From: a virus
Lineage: Duplodnaviria; Caudoviricetes
Length of the DNA: 64,000 bases
Virus record (IMG/VR): IMGVR_UViG_3300028906_000001
Location: 7,716 to 71,715 of that record
Reading direction: 5' to 3' (one strand)
In this document: positions 8,949-16,511 of the stretch, in pieces
Position numbering within the stretch: the stretch's first letter is position 1
Layout of the letters: each line of letters begins with the position of its first letter
Notes under the pieces: generated by a model
Database searches by the model: none
The model's input: only the letters and a program-made list of their open reading frames with translations
What the model was told of the DNA's origin: nothing
Made by a program: the position numbers and the translations under genes

Positions 8949-11444
8949 GTGGCCTTCAGCTTCGTCGCCTTCACCCAGGCGGTGCCAGCGGGCGCCGGCT
9001 CCGCCAGCATCACCATCAACGTGCCGGCCGGGGTGGCCAGCGGCGACTTCCTCATCCTGACCTCGACGGGGTTCTGCAGCGGCTCCTACACCGCCCCGGC
9101 CGGGTGGAACACGATCCAGAACAGCCCGGGGCTGGAGAACACCGCCAGCCACCCGTTCCTGCTGGCGTGGCGGGTAGCGAGCAGCGAGCCCGCCTCATAC
9201 GCCGTCACCGCCAGCGCCAGCTCCTGGCCCGTCGTGCTGATGTACGCGATCCGGGGCGCCGCTACCACCTCCCCGGTGCTCGGGTCGGCCGAGCAGCGGC
9301 TCGTCACCCTGGTCACCACCCTGCCGCCGCCGGCCTACACCCCGGTGGCCGGGTCCACGTCGCTGTTCATCTACGGGTACGGCGGGACCAACTCAGGGGC
9401 ATCCGGGTCCAACGCGCTGAGCCTGCCGGCGCCGGGGAACCTGCTGAGCGGCAGCTCCACGGCCGGCATCAACGACGCCACGGACGGCGAGTCCTACGGC
9501 ATCATCGCGTGCACCAGCAGCACCGCGCCGGGGTCGGCCACCACGACCACGGCGGTAGACGAGACCAACTTCGTCCTGGAGCTGGCCGCGCCGCCGGCGG
9601 CGGCCGGGGGCGACTCCCTGCAGCCGGCGCAGCGGTACCGGCCACGGGACCGGCGGTACCGGCGCCAGGTGCCGTGGCCGCCGCCAGGGCCGGCCACGCT
9701 GTCCGGCGCGGCCTCCGCGGCCGGCGCGGGCGTCATCTCCGCAGTCGCCGCGCAGGACGCCGGGAATCTCACGACGGCGGCCGGGACTGGCGCGGCTCCG
9801 GCCGGCGCCGCCCAGGCGGCCGTCGCCTCCGCGGCCGGCGCTAGCTCAGCCGCCGCGACCGCGGCCGTCATCAGCACGGCGGCTGCGGCCGGAGCCGGAG
9901 CCGGAGCCGCCGTAGCAACCCAGGTCGCGCCTGCCAGCTCCGCCGGCGCGGGGGCGGCCGCCGGCGTCGTAACGCAGTCCGTCGCCGGCGCCGCGGCCGG
10001 GGGCGCCGCGGAGACCGCGGGCGCCGTCCAGTCCGCTCCGGCGGCAGCGGCCGGAGCCGGGGCCGTCACTGACGTCGCGACGCAGATCGCCACGGGCGCA
10101 TCTGCCGGCGCCGGGTCGGCCGCTGATGTCATAACCCAGGCCGCACCCGCGGGCGCGGCCGGAGCGGGATCAGCCGCCGCCGCGGTGAACTATCCCGGTA
10201 CCGCGGCGGCCGCCGGCGCCGCGTCGGCCGCTGCCGCGGCAACCCAGGTCACGCCTGCTAGCCCCGCCGGAGCGGGGCTAGCAGGGGGCGCCGCCACCCA
10301 GGCGGTCGCCGGGACCGCGGCCGGAACGGGCGCCGCGGCCGCTGTCGTCTCCCAGCTGGCCGGCGCACCTGCCGCGGGCGCGGGGGCGGCCGCCGGCGTC
10401 GTAACGCAGTCCGTCGCGGGCGCGGCCGCGGGTGCCGGGTCGGTCACCGCGGCCGGGTCATCATCGGGCGCGGCCACCGCCTCCGCGGCGGGTGCCGGGT
10501 CGGTCGCCGCGCTCACCGCGCAGATCGCCCCGGCAGCGGGCGCCGGAGCCGGGGCCGTCACCGCGGAGGCAGCGCAAGCGGCCACCGCGACAGCCGCAGG
10601 CGCGGGCGCGGTCACCGCGAAAGCGGCTCAGGGCGCTCCCGCGTCCGCTGCGGGCGGCGGGGCAGCCGGGCCGGCCGCTGCCACGCAGGGTGCCATAGCC
10701 GCGCCAGCGGGCGCCGGCGCGGTCACCGCCGCCGCCACGCAGGCAGCCGCGGGAACTGCGGCTGGCGCCGGGTCCGTCGCGGCTGCCGCAGCCCAGGGCG
10801 CCGCGAGCGCAGCGGCCGGCGCAGGGACGGCCGGGCCGGCCGCTGCCACGCAGGCTGTCACCGGAACCCCGGCCGGAGCCGGGTCGGCCGCCGGCGTCGT
10901 AACGCAGGCTGCCATAGCCTCCGCGGCCGGAGCGGCGGCGGCCGCCGCGGCAGGCAGCATCACCGGAGCCGGCGCCACGGCCACGGCCGCCGGAGCGGGA
11001 GCCGCCGCCGCGCTGGCCGCGCAGGCCGACACCGGAACCGCGTCCGGCGCCGGAGCGGTCACCACCACGGCGGCGCAGGCCGCCAGGGCGACCGCCGCCG
11101 GCGCCGGGTCGGCCACCGCGGCCGGGTGCATCCCCGGCACCGCAAGCGCGGCCGCGGCAGCCGCGGCCGGGGCGAAAGCCGCGCAGTCCGCCACGTCGGT
11201 CTCAGCGAGCACCGGGGCACTGGCCGCCCAGGCCGCCCAGCAGGCCGCAGCGGCCATCGCCGGCGCCGGAAGCGTCACCGCGGCGGGTGGCGTCCAGCTC
11301 GCGTTCACCACCGGCACGCTGACCGCCTCCAGCGCCTCCGCCAGCGTCCTCACCGCGACGGCAGCCGGGAGCGTCCTGACGGCCGGCACGGCGCCTGTCA
11401 GCACGCTCACAGCAGGAACGGCCCGGACGGGGGGACCCAGCTGA
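8949..11444 (+). CDS. Large Ala/Gly-rich fibre-like virion protein: N-terminal globular domain plus about 28-30 18-aa repeats
   Basis: Repeat unit xAAGAGxVxxxxTQxxxx from aa ~255 onward. Confidence 0.75.
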   Translation: MAFSFVAFTQAVPAGAGSASITINVPAGVASGDFLILTSTGFCSGSYTAPAGWNTIQNSPGLENTASHPFLLAWRVASSEPASYAVTASASSWPVVLMYAIRGAATTSPVLGSAEQRLVTLVTTLPPPAYTPVAGSTSLFIYGYGGTNSGASGSNALSLPAPGNLLSGSSTAGINDATDGESYGIIACTSSTAPGSATTTTAVDETNFVLELAAPPAAAGGDSLQPAQRYRPRDRRYRRQVPWPPPGPATLSGAASAAGAGVISAVAAQDAGNLTTAAGTGAAPAGAAQAAVASAAGASSAAATAAVISTAAAAGAGAGAAVATQVAPASSAGAGAAAGVVTQSVAGAAAGGAAETAGAVQSAPAAAAGAGAVTDVATQIATGASAGAGSAADVITQAAPAGAAGAGSAAAAVNYPGTAAAAGAASAAAAATQVTPASPAGAGLAGGAATQAVAGTAAGTGAAAAVVSQLAGAPAAGAGAAAGVVTQSVAGAAAGAGSVTAAGSSSGAATASAAGAGSVAALTAQIAPAAGAGAGAVTAEAAQAATATAAGAGAVTAKAAQGAPASAAGGGAAGPAAATQGAIAAPAGAGAVTAAATQAAAGTAAGAGSVAAAAAQGAASAAAGAGTAGPAAATQAVTGTPAGAGSAAGVVTQAAIASAAGAAAAAAAGSITGAGATATAAGAGAAAALAAQADTGTASGAGAVTTTAAQAARATAAGAGSATAAGCIPGTASAAAAAAAGAKAAQSATSVSASTGALAAQAAQQAAAAIAGAGSVTAAGGVQLAFTTGTLTASSASASVLTATAAGSVLTAGTAPVSTLTAGTARTGGPS

Positions 11445-12340
11445 TGGCACGCTTCCCGCTCGGCCAGCCGGTACGCCAGTCCACCACTGTCCGGCAGCTC
11501 AACACCGACGACACCACGACGCTGGTCAACGCGACCGGCCTGACGCTGGTCGTCAAGATCGCCCAGGCTGACGGCACCCAGCTCACCACCGGCACCTACG
11601 CCTCCCCGACGCTCGATTCGACGGGTAATTACCACCAGGACATTCCCGTCACCGACCTGGCCGCGACCGGGCACTACCAGTACGCGTGGACCGCGACCGG
11701 CACCGGCGCGGGGGTCAGCTTCGGCGACTTCGACGTGTTCGACCCGTTCGAGACCGCCGTGCTGCCGCTGCAGGACGCCAAGGACGCCCTGAACATCCCG
11801 CAGTCCGTCACCACGAACGACAGCGCGATCCAGCGGCTCGTCGCGACGATCGAGTCGTGCCTGGAGTCCTACACCGGCGGACCGCTGGTCAACCGCACCA
11901 TCACCGAGCGGTCCGAGATGATGAGCGGCCAGACCGTCATCCCCGTCCGGCAGCGGCCCCTCGTCTCCGTCACGTCGATCACCGGTGCCAGCGGCGGCGC
12001 GATCAGCATCAGCGCCGGCCTGGACCTCGACGCCAACGCGGGCCTGATCCGCCGCCAGCTCGGGCTGCCGTTCTACGGGCCGTTCTTCTCCTGGCTGCCG
12101 GTGGTCACCGTTGTCTACGTCGCCGGGTGGGGCACGAGCGTCCCGGCCGCGTTCGGCAGCGCCGCGGCGATCATCCTGCAGCACCTGTGGGAGACCCAGC
12201 GCGGTCCTGCGCTGCTGCCGATGGGGCCCGAGGAGCTGGCGACCGTTCCCGGATTCGGTTTCGCGATTCCCAACCAGGCCGCCGAGCTGCTCGACGGCTC
12301 GCAGGGCGGCATCAGCTTCATGAGCGAAGCCTTCCTGTGA
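11444..12340 (+). CDS. Head-tail adaptor (HK97 gp6/SPP1 gp15-like) with an N-terminal Ig-like domain
   Basis: LPLQDAKDALNI...DSAIQRLVA..ESY.G....RT.TE, VTVVYVAG, AAAIILQHLWETQRG. TGATG coupling. Confidence 0.85.
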   Translation: MARFPLGQPVRQSTTVRQLNTDDTTTLVNATGLTLVVKIAQADGTQLTTGTYASPTLDSTGNYHQDIPVTDLAATGHYQYAWTATGTGAGVSFGDFDVFDPFETAVLPLQDAKDALNIPQSVTTNDSAIQRLVATIESCLESYTGGPLVNRTITERSEMMSGQTVIPVRQRPLVSVTSITGASGGAISISAGLDLDANAGLIRRQLGLPFYGPFFSWLPVVTVVYVAGWGTSVPAAFGSAAAIILQHLWETQRGPALLPMGPEELATVPGFGFAIPNQAAELLDGSQGGISFMSEAFL

Positions 12341-12528
12341 TGGGCAGGCCGGTCAGGTGGCTGACGGAGCGCCGCCGCACGCGCCTGGACGTGATGGGCA
12401 TGTTCGGCCTCGGCTACGTCCTCGGCGACAACGCGCTGGGCACCTGGTGGGGCCGCGTGATCTTCCTGGCCTGCGCGATGGGCGTGACCGACATGGCCGC
12501 GACGGCACTCCGGCGGCTGACGCGGTGA
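12340..12528 (+). CDS. Small membrane protein
   Basis: Two hydrophobic segments. Coupled starts and stops. Confidence 0.5.
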   Translation: MGRPVRWLTERRRTRLDVMGMFGLGYVLGDNALGTWWGRVIFLACAMGVTDMAATALRRLTR

Positions 12529-13139
12529 AGAAGCCGGCCGCCGCGCCGAAACCCGCCGCGAAGAAGGCCGCGCCGAAGAAAGCCGCCGCGAAGAAACCGG
12601 CCGCGAAGAAGCCTGCGGCGGGCAAGAAGGCCGCGCCGGCCGGGAAAGCCGTGACCGCGCACCAGGCCCACCTGGCGCACCTCGCCCACCTGCAGCACCT
12701 GGGGCTGCTCCCGAAGACCGCGCCGAAGCCCGCGAAGCGGATGCTGGCCCTCGGTGGCGGCGTGGCGTGCTGCGCGGCCGAAGCCGTGGCCGCGTCCCTG
12801 CGGCTCACGGGACGGCCGGTGAGCGACGCGGACGTGCTGGCCCTCTACCGGCGGACGGCGGACGACCCGGACACGGGAGCGCTCATCGAGGCGACGCTGG
12901 AAGCCGCCGCTCGCTACGGAGTAGCAAGCTACGCAGTAGCAGATTTCCGGCCGGTCGACCTAGCCGAAACATATGTCTCGGATAGGTCTCAAGTAGGTCT
13001 CTTGCTGGGCCTCACACTGCCCGGCCCGCATGCGGTACTCGACGACGGTTCCGGCTGGTGGTCGTGGGGTGAGCTGTATGACCCGGCGTGCTGGCCTGAC
13101 GCCGTGATCGAGGAAGCGTGGACGCTGACATGGGGCTGA
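12525..13139 (+). CDS. Histone-H1-like K/A/P tail fused to a putative papain-like Cys peptidase domain
   Basis: KPAAKKAAPKKAAAKKPAAKK..., then VACCAAEAVA ... PGPHAVL ... WWSWG. Confidence 0.55.
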   Translation: MKKPAAAPKPAAKKAAPKKAAAKKPAAKKPAAGKKAAPAGKAVTAHQAHLAHLAHLQHLGLLPKTAPKPAKRMLALGGGVACCAAEAVAASLRLTGRPVSDADVLALYRRTADDPDTGALIEATLEAAARYGVASYAVADFRPVDLAETYVSDRSQVGLLLGLTLPGPHAVLDDGSGWWSWGELYDPACWPDAVIEEAWTLTWG

Positions 13140-13143
13140 CCGC

Positions 13144-13611
13144 GTGACCTACTCCTCCTCCGTCCCCGCCGCGATCGCGGCGCTGGTCGCCGCGTTCACC
13201 GCGTCGGCGTCGCTGGGCGCCGCCGGGGTGGACGTCCGGGACGGGCCCCAGCTCCGCGCAGCCTCCGCCGTGGAGGGTGTCGCCGTCGGGTACTCGAGCG
13301 GCCAGAACTCCGCCGCCGTCACCGGCACCGCCACCCCGGAGGGCCTCGGCGCCGGGCCGGACCGGGAACGGTACGCGATCATGTGCACCGCCGAGGTCAT
13401 CGACCCCGACGGCGACATCGCCGCCGCGAGGGTCCGCGCCTACCAGCTGCACGCGGCGTGCGGCGCGGCGATCGCCGCCGACCACACGCTGGGGAAGACG
13501 GTGCTGCGCGCGGTGCCGGGACCCGGGTCGCTGACGCAGCAGCAGACGACACGCGGGGCGCTGGCCCGGGTCATCTTCCCGGTCACTGTCGATGCCTACA
13601 CCACCCGCTAA
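13144..13611 (+). CDS. Tail terminator / head-tail joining protein
   Basis: Position and fold pattern (ERYAIMCTAEV...RAYQL...DHTLG...ARVIFPVTVDAY). Confidence 0.7.
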   Translation: MTYSSSVPAAIAALVAAFTASASLGAAGVDVRDGPQLRAASAVEGVAVGYSSGQNSAAVTGTATPEGLGAGPDRERYAIMCTAEVIDPDGDIAAARVRAYQLHAACGAAIAADHTLGKTVLRAVPGPGSLTQQQTTRGALARVIFPVTVDAYTTR

Positions 13612-13629
13612 CCGGACGGACGGAGAATC

Positions 13630-14001
13630 ATGGCGGCTCTTACAGCACAGGTCGTCCCCCACGCCGGCGTCACGCCCACCCTGACGGGCTCACTGGGCGG
13701 CACCACCGGCAACACGGCGCCCTGCGGCGCCGGCCTCGCGCTGATGCTCGTCAACGGGGCCGCCGCCACGGTTGCCGTCAACGTGCACACCGCCAGCAGC
13801 GTCACCGTCGACGGGCTGCCCGTCGCCACCCCGGCCGGCGCGTCAGGACCCGCCCGGCAGTTCACGCTGCCGGCCACCATCGGCGCCGTCAGCTTCATCC
13901 CGCTGGTGGCCGGCATCTATGCCGACCCGGTGACCGCCCTCGCCACGTTCGACGTCGCGGCGGGCACCGTCTCCGCCGCCGTCGTCGCCATCAGCAGCTA
14001 G
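13630..14001 (+). CDS. Small virion structural protein
   Basis: LMLVNG...TV.V...FIPL...YAD pattern. Lies in the neck/tail operon. Confidence 0.6.
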   Translation: MAALTAQVVPHAGVTPTLTGSLGGTTGNTAPCGAGLALMLVNGAAATVAVNVHTASSVTVDGLPVATPAGASGPARQFTLPATIGAVSFIPLVAGIYADPVTALATFDVAAGTVSAAVVAISS

Positions 14002-14013
14002 GAGGCAACCGGC

Positions 14014-14241
14014 ATGAGCGAACCCGAGACGGGCGACTGGGTGACGATCATCCACCCGGAGACCGGCGGCACCGGCACCGTGCACCGGTCATCCCTGCAC
14101 CAGCATTACGCGGCGGGGTGGCGGCTGCTCGCCGGTGACGAGGTGCCGCAGCCAGAGCCGGCACTCGAGCCGCCGCCTATGACCAAGGCCCAGGCCGCCA
14201 AGGCCGAGAAGGCCGCTAGCGCTGAGACCAAGGAGAACTAG
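14014..14241 (+). CDS. Hypothetical protein
   Basis: Strong RBS ggagg. In the operon. Confidence 0.65.
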   Translation: MSEPETGDWVTIIHPETGGTGTVHRSSLHQHYAAGWRLLAGDEVPQPEPALEPPPMTKAQAAKAEKAASAETKEN

Positions 14242-14243
14242 CC

Positions 14244-14723
14244 GTGCCTCCGACCCCGCTGACGCCGACAATCCGCTACATTCCGCCAGGTACCCGGAAG
14301 ATCTACTGGGTCACCACGATCGCGACCTACACGTCGCCGACCCGCGCTGAGCTGAACGCCGGGATCGACCTGTCCGCCGAGGTCGCCACCGTCACCGGGT
14401 TCACCGTCACCTCCGCCACCACCCCCACCCCGGACCTGTCCAGCCGGTTCACCTCCGAGATCCCCGGCGCGATCACCGCCGCCTCCTGCGGCCTGTCGAT
14501 CTACGCGAGCAACACCAGCAGCGACGTGCGGACGGTGCTGCCCCGCGGCACCATCGGGTACGTGGTGCTCCTGTGGGAAGGCGACGTCACGGGGCAGCGG
14601 ATGGACGTGTTCCCTGCGACGGTCACCGCGTCCGCGGTGAACGCCAACGAGACGGCTGCGGAGCTGGTCGACGTGTCGTTCTCCATCACCAAGGTCCCCG
14701 CCAACAACGTGCTCATCCCCTGA
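14244..14723 (+). CDS. Major tail (tube) protein
   Basis: PTRAELNAGIDLS...TPDLSSRFTSEIPG...GYVVL...DVFPATV, an actinophage tail-tube pattern. Confidence 0.85.
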   Translation: MPPTPLTPTIRYIPPGTRKIYWVTTIATYTSPTRAELNAGIDLSAEVATVTGFTVTSATTPTPDLSSRFTSEIPGAITAASCGLSIYASNTSSDVRTVLPRGTIGYVVLLWEGDVTGQRMDVFPATVTASAVNANETAAELVDVSFSITKVPANNVLIP

Positions 14724-15199
14724 TGGGCGCCTATCTCGGCCGGGACGCGATCCTGAAGGCCGCTGCACTTCGGACCGAGGAAGTCAGGGTACCGGAGTGG
14801 GCCAGCCCGGAAACGGGCGCCGACGTCGTGATCGTCCGGGAGATGCGGGGCCGCGAGCGGGACGAGTGGGAGGCGTCGCTGGCCGTCCAGCGCGGCGGCC
14901 AGATGGTGCCCGACACCGCGAACATGCGCGCCAAGCTCGCCGCCCGGTGCATTATCGGGGAGGATAGCGAGCCGCTGTTCACCCAGCAGGACGTCGCCGC
15001 GCTCGGGGAGCTGTCCGCCGCCGCGCTGCAGCGGGTGTACGAGGCGGCCGCCCGGCTGTCCGGCCTGAACCAGGACGCCCTGGAGGAGCTGGGAAAAAGC
15101 TCAGAAACCGGCCCCTCAGAAGATTCTGCTTCGGGCTCGCCCGGGAGCTCGGCTGCACCGTCGAAGAGCTCCTCAGCCGCATCTCGTCGGCGGAACTGA
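14723..15199 (+). CDS. Tail assembly chaperone gpG
   Basis: EEVRVPEW...V.VREM.G.ERDEWE...ALGELSAAAL.RV...A.RLSG...EELGK. Confidence 0.88.
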   Translation: MGAYLGRDAILKAAALRTEEVRVPEWASPETGADVVIVREMRGRERDEWEASLAVQRGGQMVPDTANMRAKLAARCIIGEDSEPLFTQQDVAALGELSAAALQRVYEAAARLSGLNQDALEELGKSSETGPSEDSASGSPGSSAAPSKSSSAASRRRN

Positions 15200-15270
15200 C
15201 CGAGTGGATGGCCTGGTACCAGGCCGAGGCGGAAGACCGGGAACGCGAGCGGAAGGGCCGGCGCGGCTAG
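14723..15270 (+). CDS. Tail assembly chaperone gpGT (via -1 frameshift at GGGAAAA, 15091-15097)
   Basis: The -1 frame reads KLRNRPLRRFCFGLARELGCTVEELLSRISSAELTEWMAWYQAE...*, ending at TAG 15268-15270. Confidence 0.85.
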
Positions 15271-15512
15271 GCACCCTTCGGGAATTCCGCGAACGTCCCC
15301 TCCCTGGCGAGGTACTGCTCCAGCAGCGCCCGCAGGCAGCCGCACTCGTCGTCAGGGAAGTGGTGAAAACCGTCCTTGCAGCGGCCATCGGGGCAGCCGC
15401 AGGCATCGCCGCACCACTTCCCGTCGGCCATGAAGTTCGCCCGCGCCCACGCGGCCTGCGACACGCCGACGTCGCGCAGCACGATCTCCGCGTCCTCGTT
15501 CAGCCTGCTCAT
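15267..15512 (-). CDS. Small Cys-rich protein
   Basis: RBS aaggagg. WCGDACGCPDGRC...DECGC. Confidence 0.65.
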   Translation of the reverse strand: MSRLNEDAEIVLRDVGVSQAAWARANFMADGKWCGDACGCPDGRCKDGFHHFPDDECGCLRALLEQYLAREGTFAEFPKGA

Positions 15513-15864
15513 GCCGTCCTCCTTGCCGCGGCGCGATGTTCGGCGATCGCCCGGCACGCCAGCACGCACAGCCACGCGACGCCGAGCAGCAGGTGCCACG
15601 CGAGCCACAGCGGGCCGACGAGCCAGATGGCCAGCAGCCAGCCGAGCGGGCCCATGCTGACCCACCAGCGGCCGGAGGATGACACGCCGGCCCTCATGAC
15701 CAGTTCCCGTCACGGCAGAACCACAGCGCCAGGACCCCGAGCGGGCCGGCGAGCAGGCCGATGAACGCCCCGTCGACCGCGTGGCGCGACCGGGCACCGA
15801 TGAAAGCCCCGGCGATGACGCTGGCCAGGTCCAGGACGACCCCGAGGGCCTCGCCGCCGGTCAC
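15509..15864 (-). CDS. Two small membrane proteins (15509..15697; 15694..~15864)
   Basis: Hydrophobic segments and 4-nt overlaps. Confidence 0.55.
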
Positions 15865-16046
15865 GGCTTCTCGTCCCCGTCCGCCAGTGCCCACTGTGCC
15901 CGCGTGTACCAGTCGACCGGCACCAGGACGACGCTAGGACGGTTGTACCGCAGGACCGTGACGTGCGCGCCGCCGTGCTCGACGGCATTGAGGAGTTCGC
16001 GGAGGTTGCGCCGCGCCTCATCGGTTTTAACCTGCTTGGTCTCCAT
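15861..16046 (-). CDS. Phd/YefM-family antitoxin-like protein
   Basis: VKTDEARRNLRELLNAVE....VTVLRYNRPSVVLVP. Confidence 0.8.
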   Translation of the reverse strand: METKQVKTDEARRNLRELLNAVEHGGAHVTVLRYNRPSVVLVPVDWYTRAQWALADGDEKP

Positions 16047-16052
16047 GGCCGG

Positions 16053-16082
16053 AAGCTATCACGAGTCGTACGACTCTTACAA
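16053..16082 (-). promoter_or_regulatory. Leaderless promoter TTGTAA-N18-TAGCTT with a 14-bp palindromic operator
   Basis: GAGTCGTACGACTC at 16063-16076 lies between the -35 and -10. The ATG is 6 nt after the -10. Confidence 0.65.
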
Positions 16083-16099
16083 CTTAGGGGGAGGCCATC

Positions 16100-16477
16100 G
16101 TGCCCGGCACCGAGCAGGCCATCCTCGCCGACCGGCTCCGCCAGGCCGCGCAGCCCGTCGCCGACTACGCGCGGGCGTCCTCGGCCCGCTGGTCCAGGCG
16201 GGTCCCGGCGTCCGTGCGGCTGCAGGGCGGCGCGTCCCGGATCACCATCGCGGCGGGCGGCTCGGCTGCGCCCCAGGCCTACACGATGGAAGGCCGCGAG
16301 TCGGGCGCGCCCATCGCCCATCCCGTCTACGGGCACGGGCCGCGGGAGAAATGGACCTGGGTCAAGCAGGTCCCGCGACCCTTCCTGCGGGAGGCGATCG
16401 ACGCGACGGAAGACGAGGTGGTCGAGATCATCGCCGGCGTGGTCGACGACTGGGCGGCGGAACTCGGATACCACTGA
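16100..16477 (+). CDS. HK97 gp10-like neck protein
   Basis: HPVYG...WTWVKQVPRPFLREAID. Confidence 0.65.
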   Translation: MPGTEQAILADRLRQAAQPVADYARASSARWSRRVPASVRLQGGASRITIAAGGSAAPQAYTMEGRESGAPIAHPVYGHGPREKWTWVKQVPRPFLREAIDATEDEVVEIIAGVVDDWAAELGYH

Positions 16478-16511
16478 CCTGCAAAAACTGACTTGACCGG
16501 AGGTCCCTGGG

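Noticed and set aside
9711-11300. CRISPR array or DGR template/variable repeats
   Set aside because: The repeats are in-frame, degenerate protein repeats with no unique spacers. No reverse transcriptase or cas gene is in the window.
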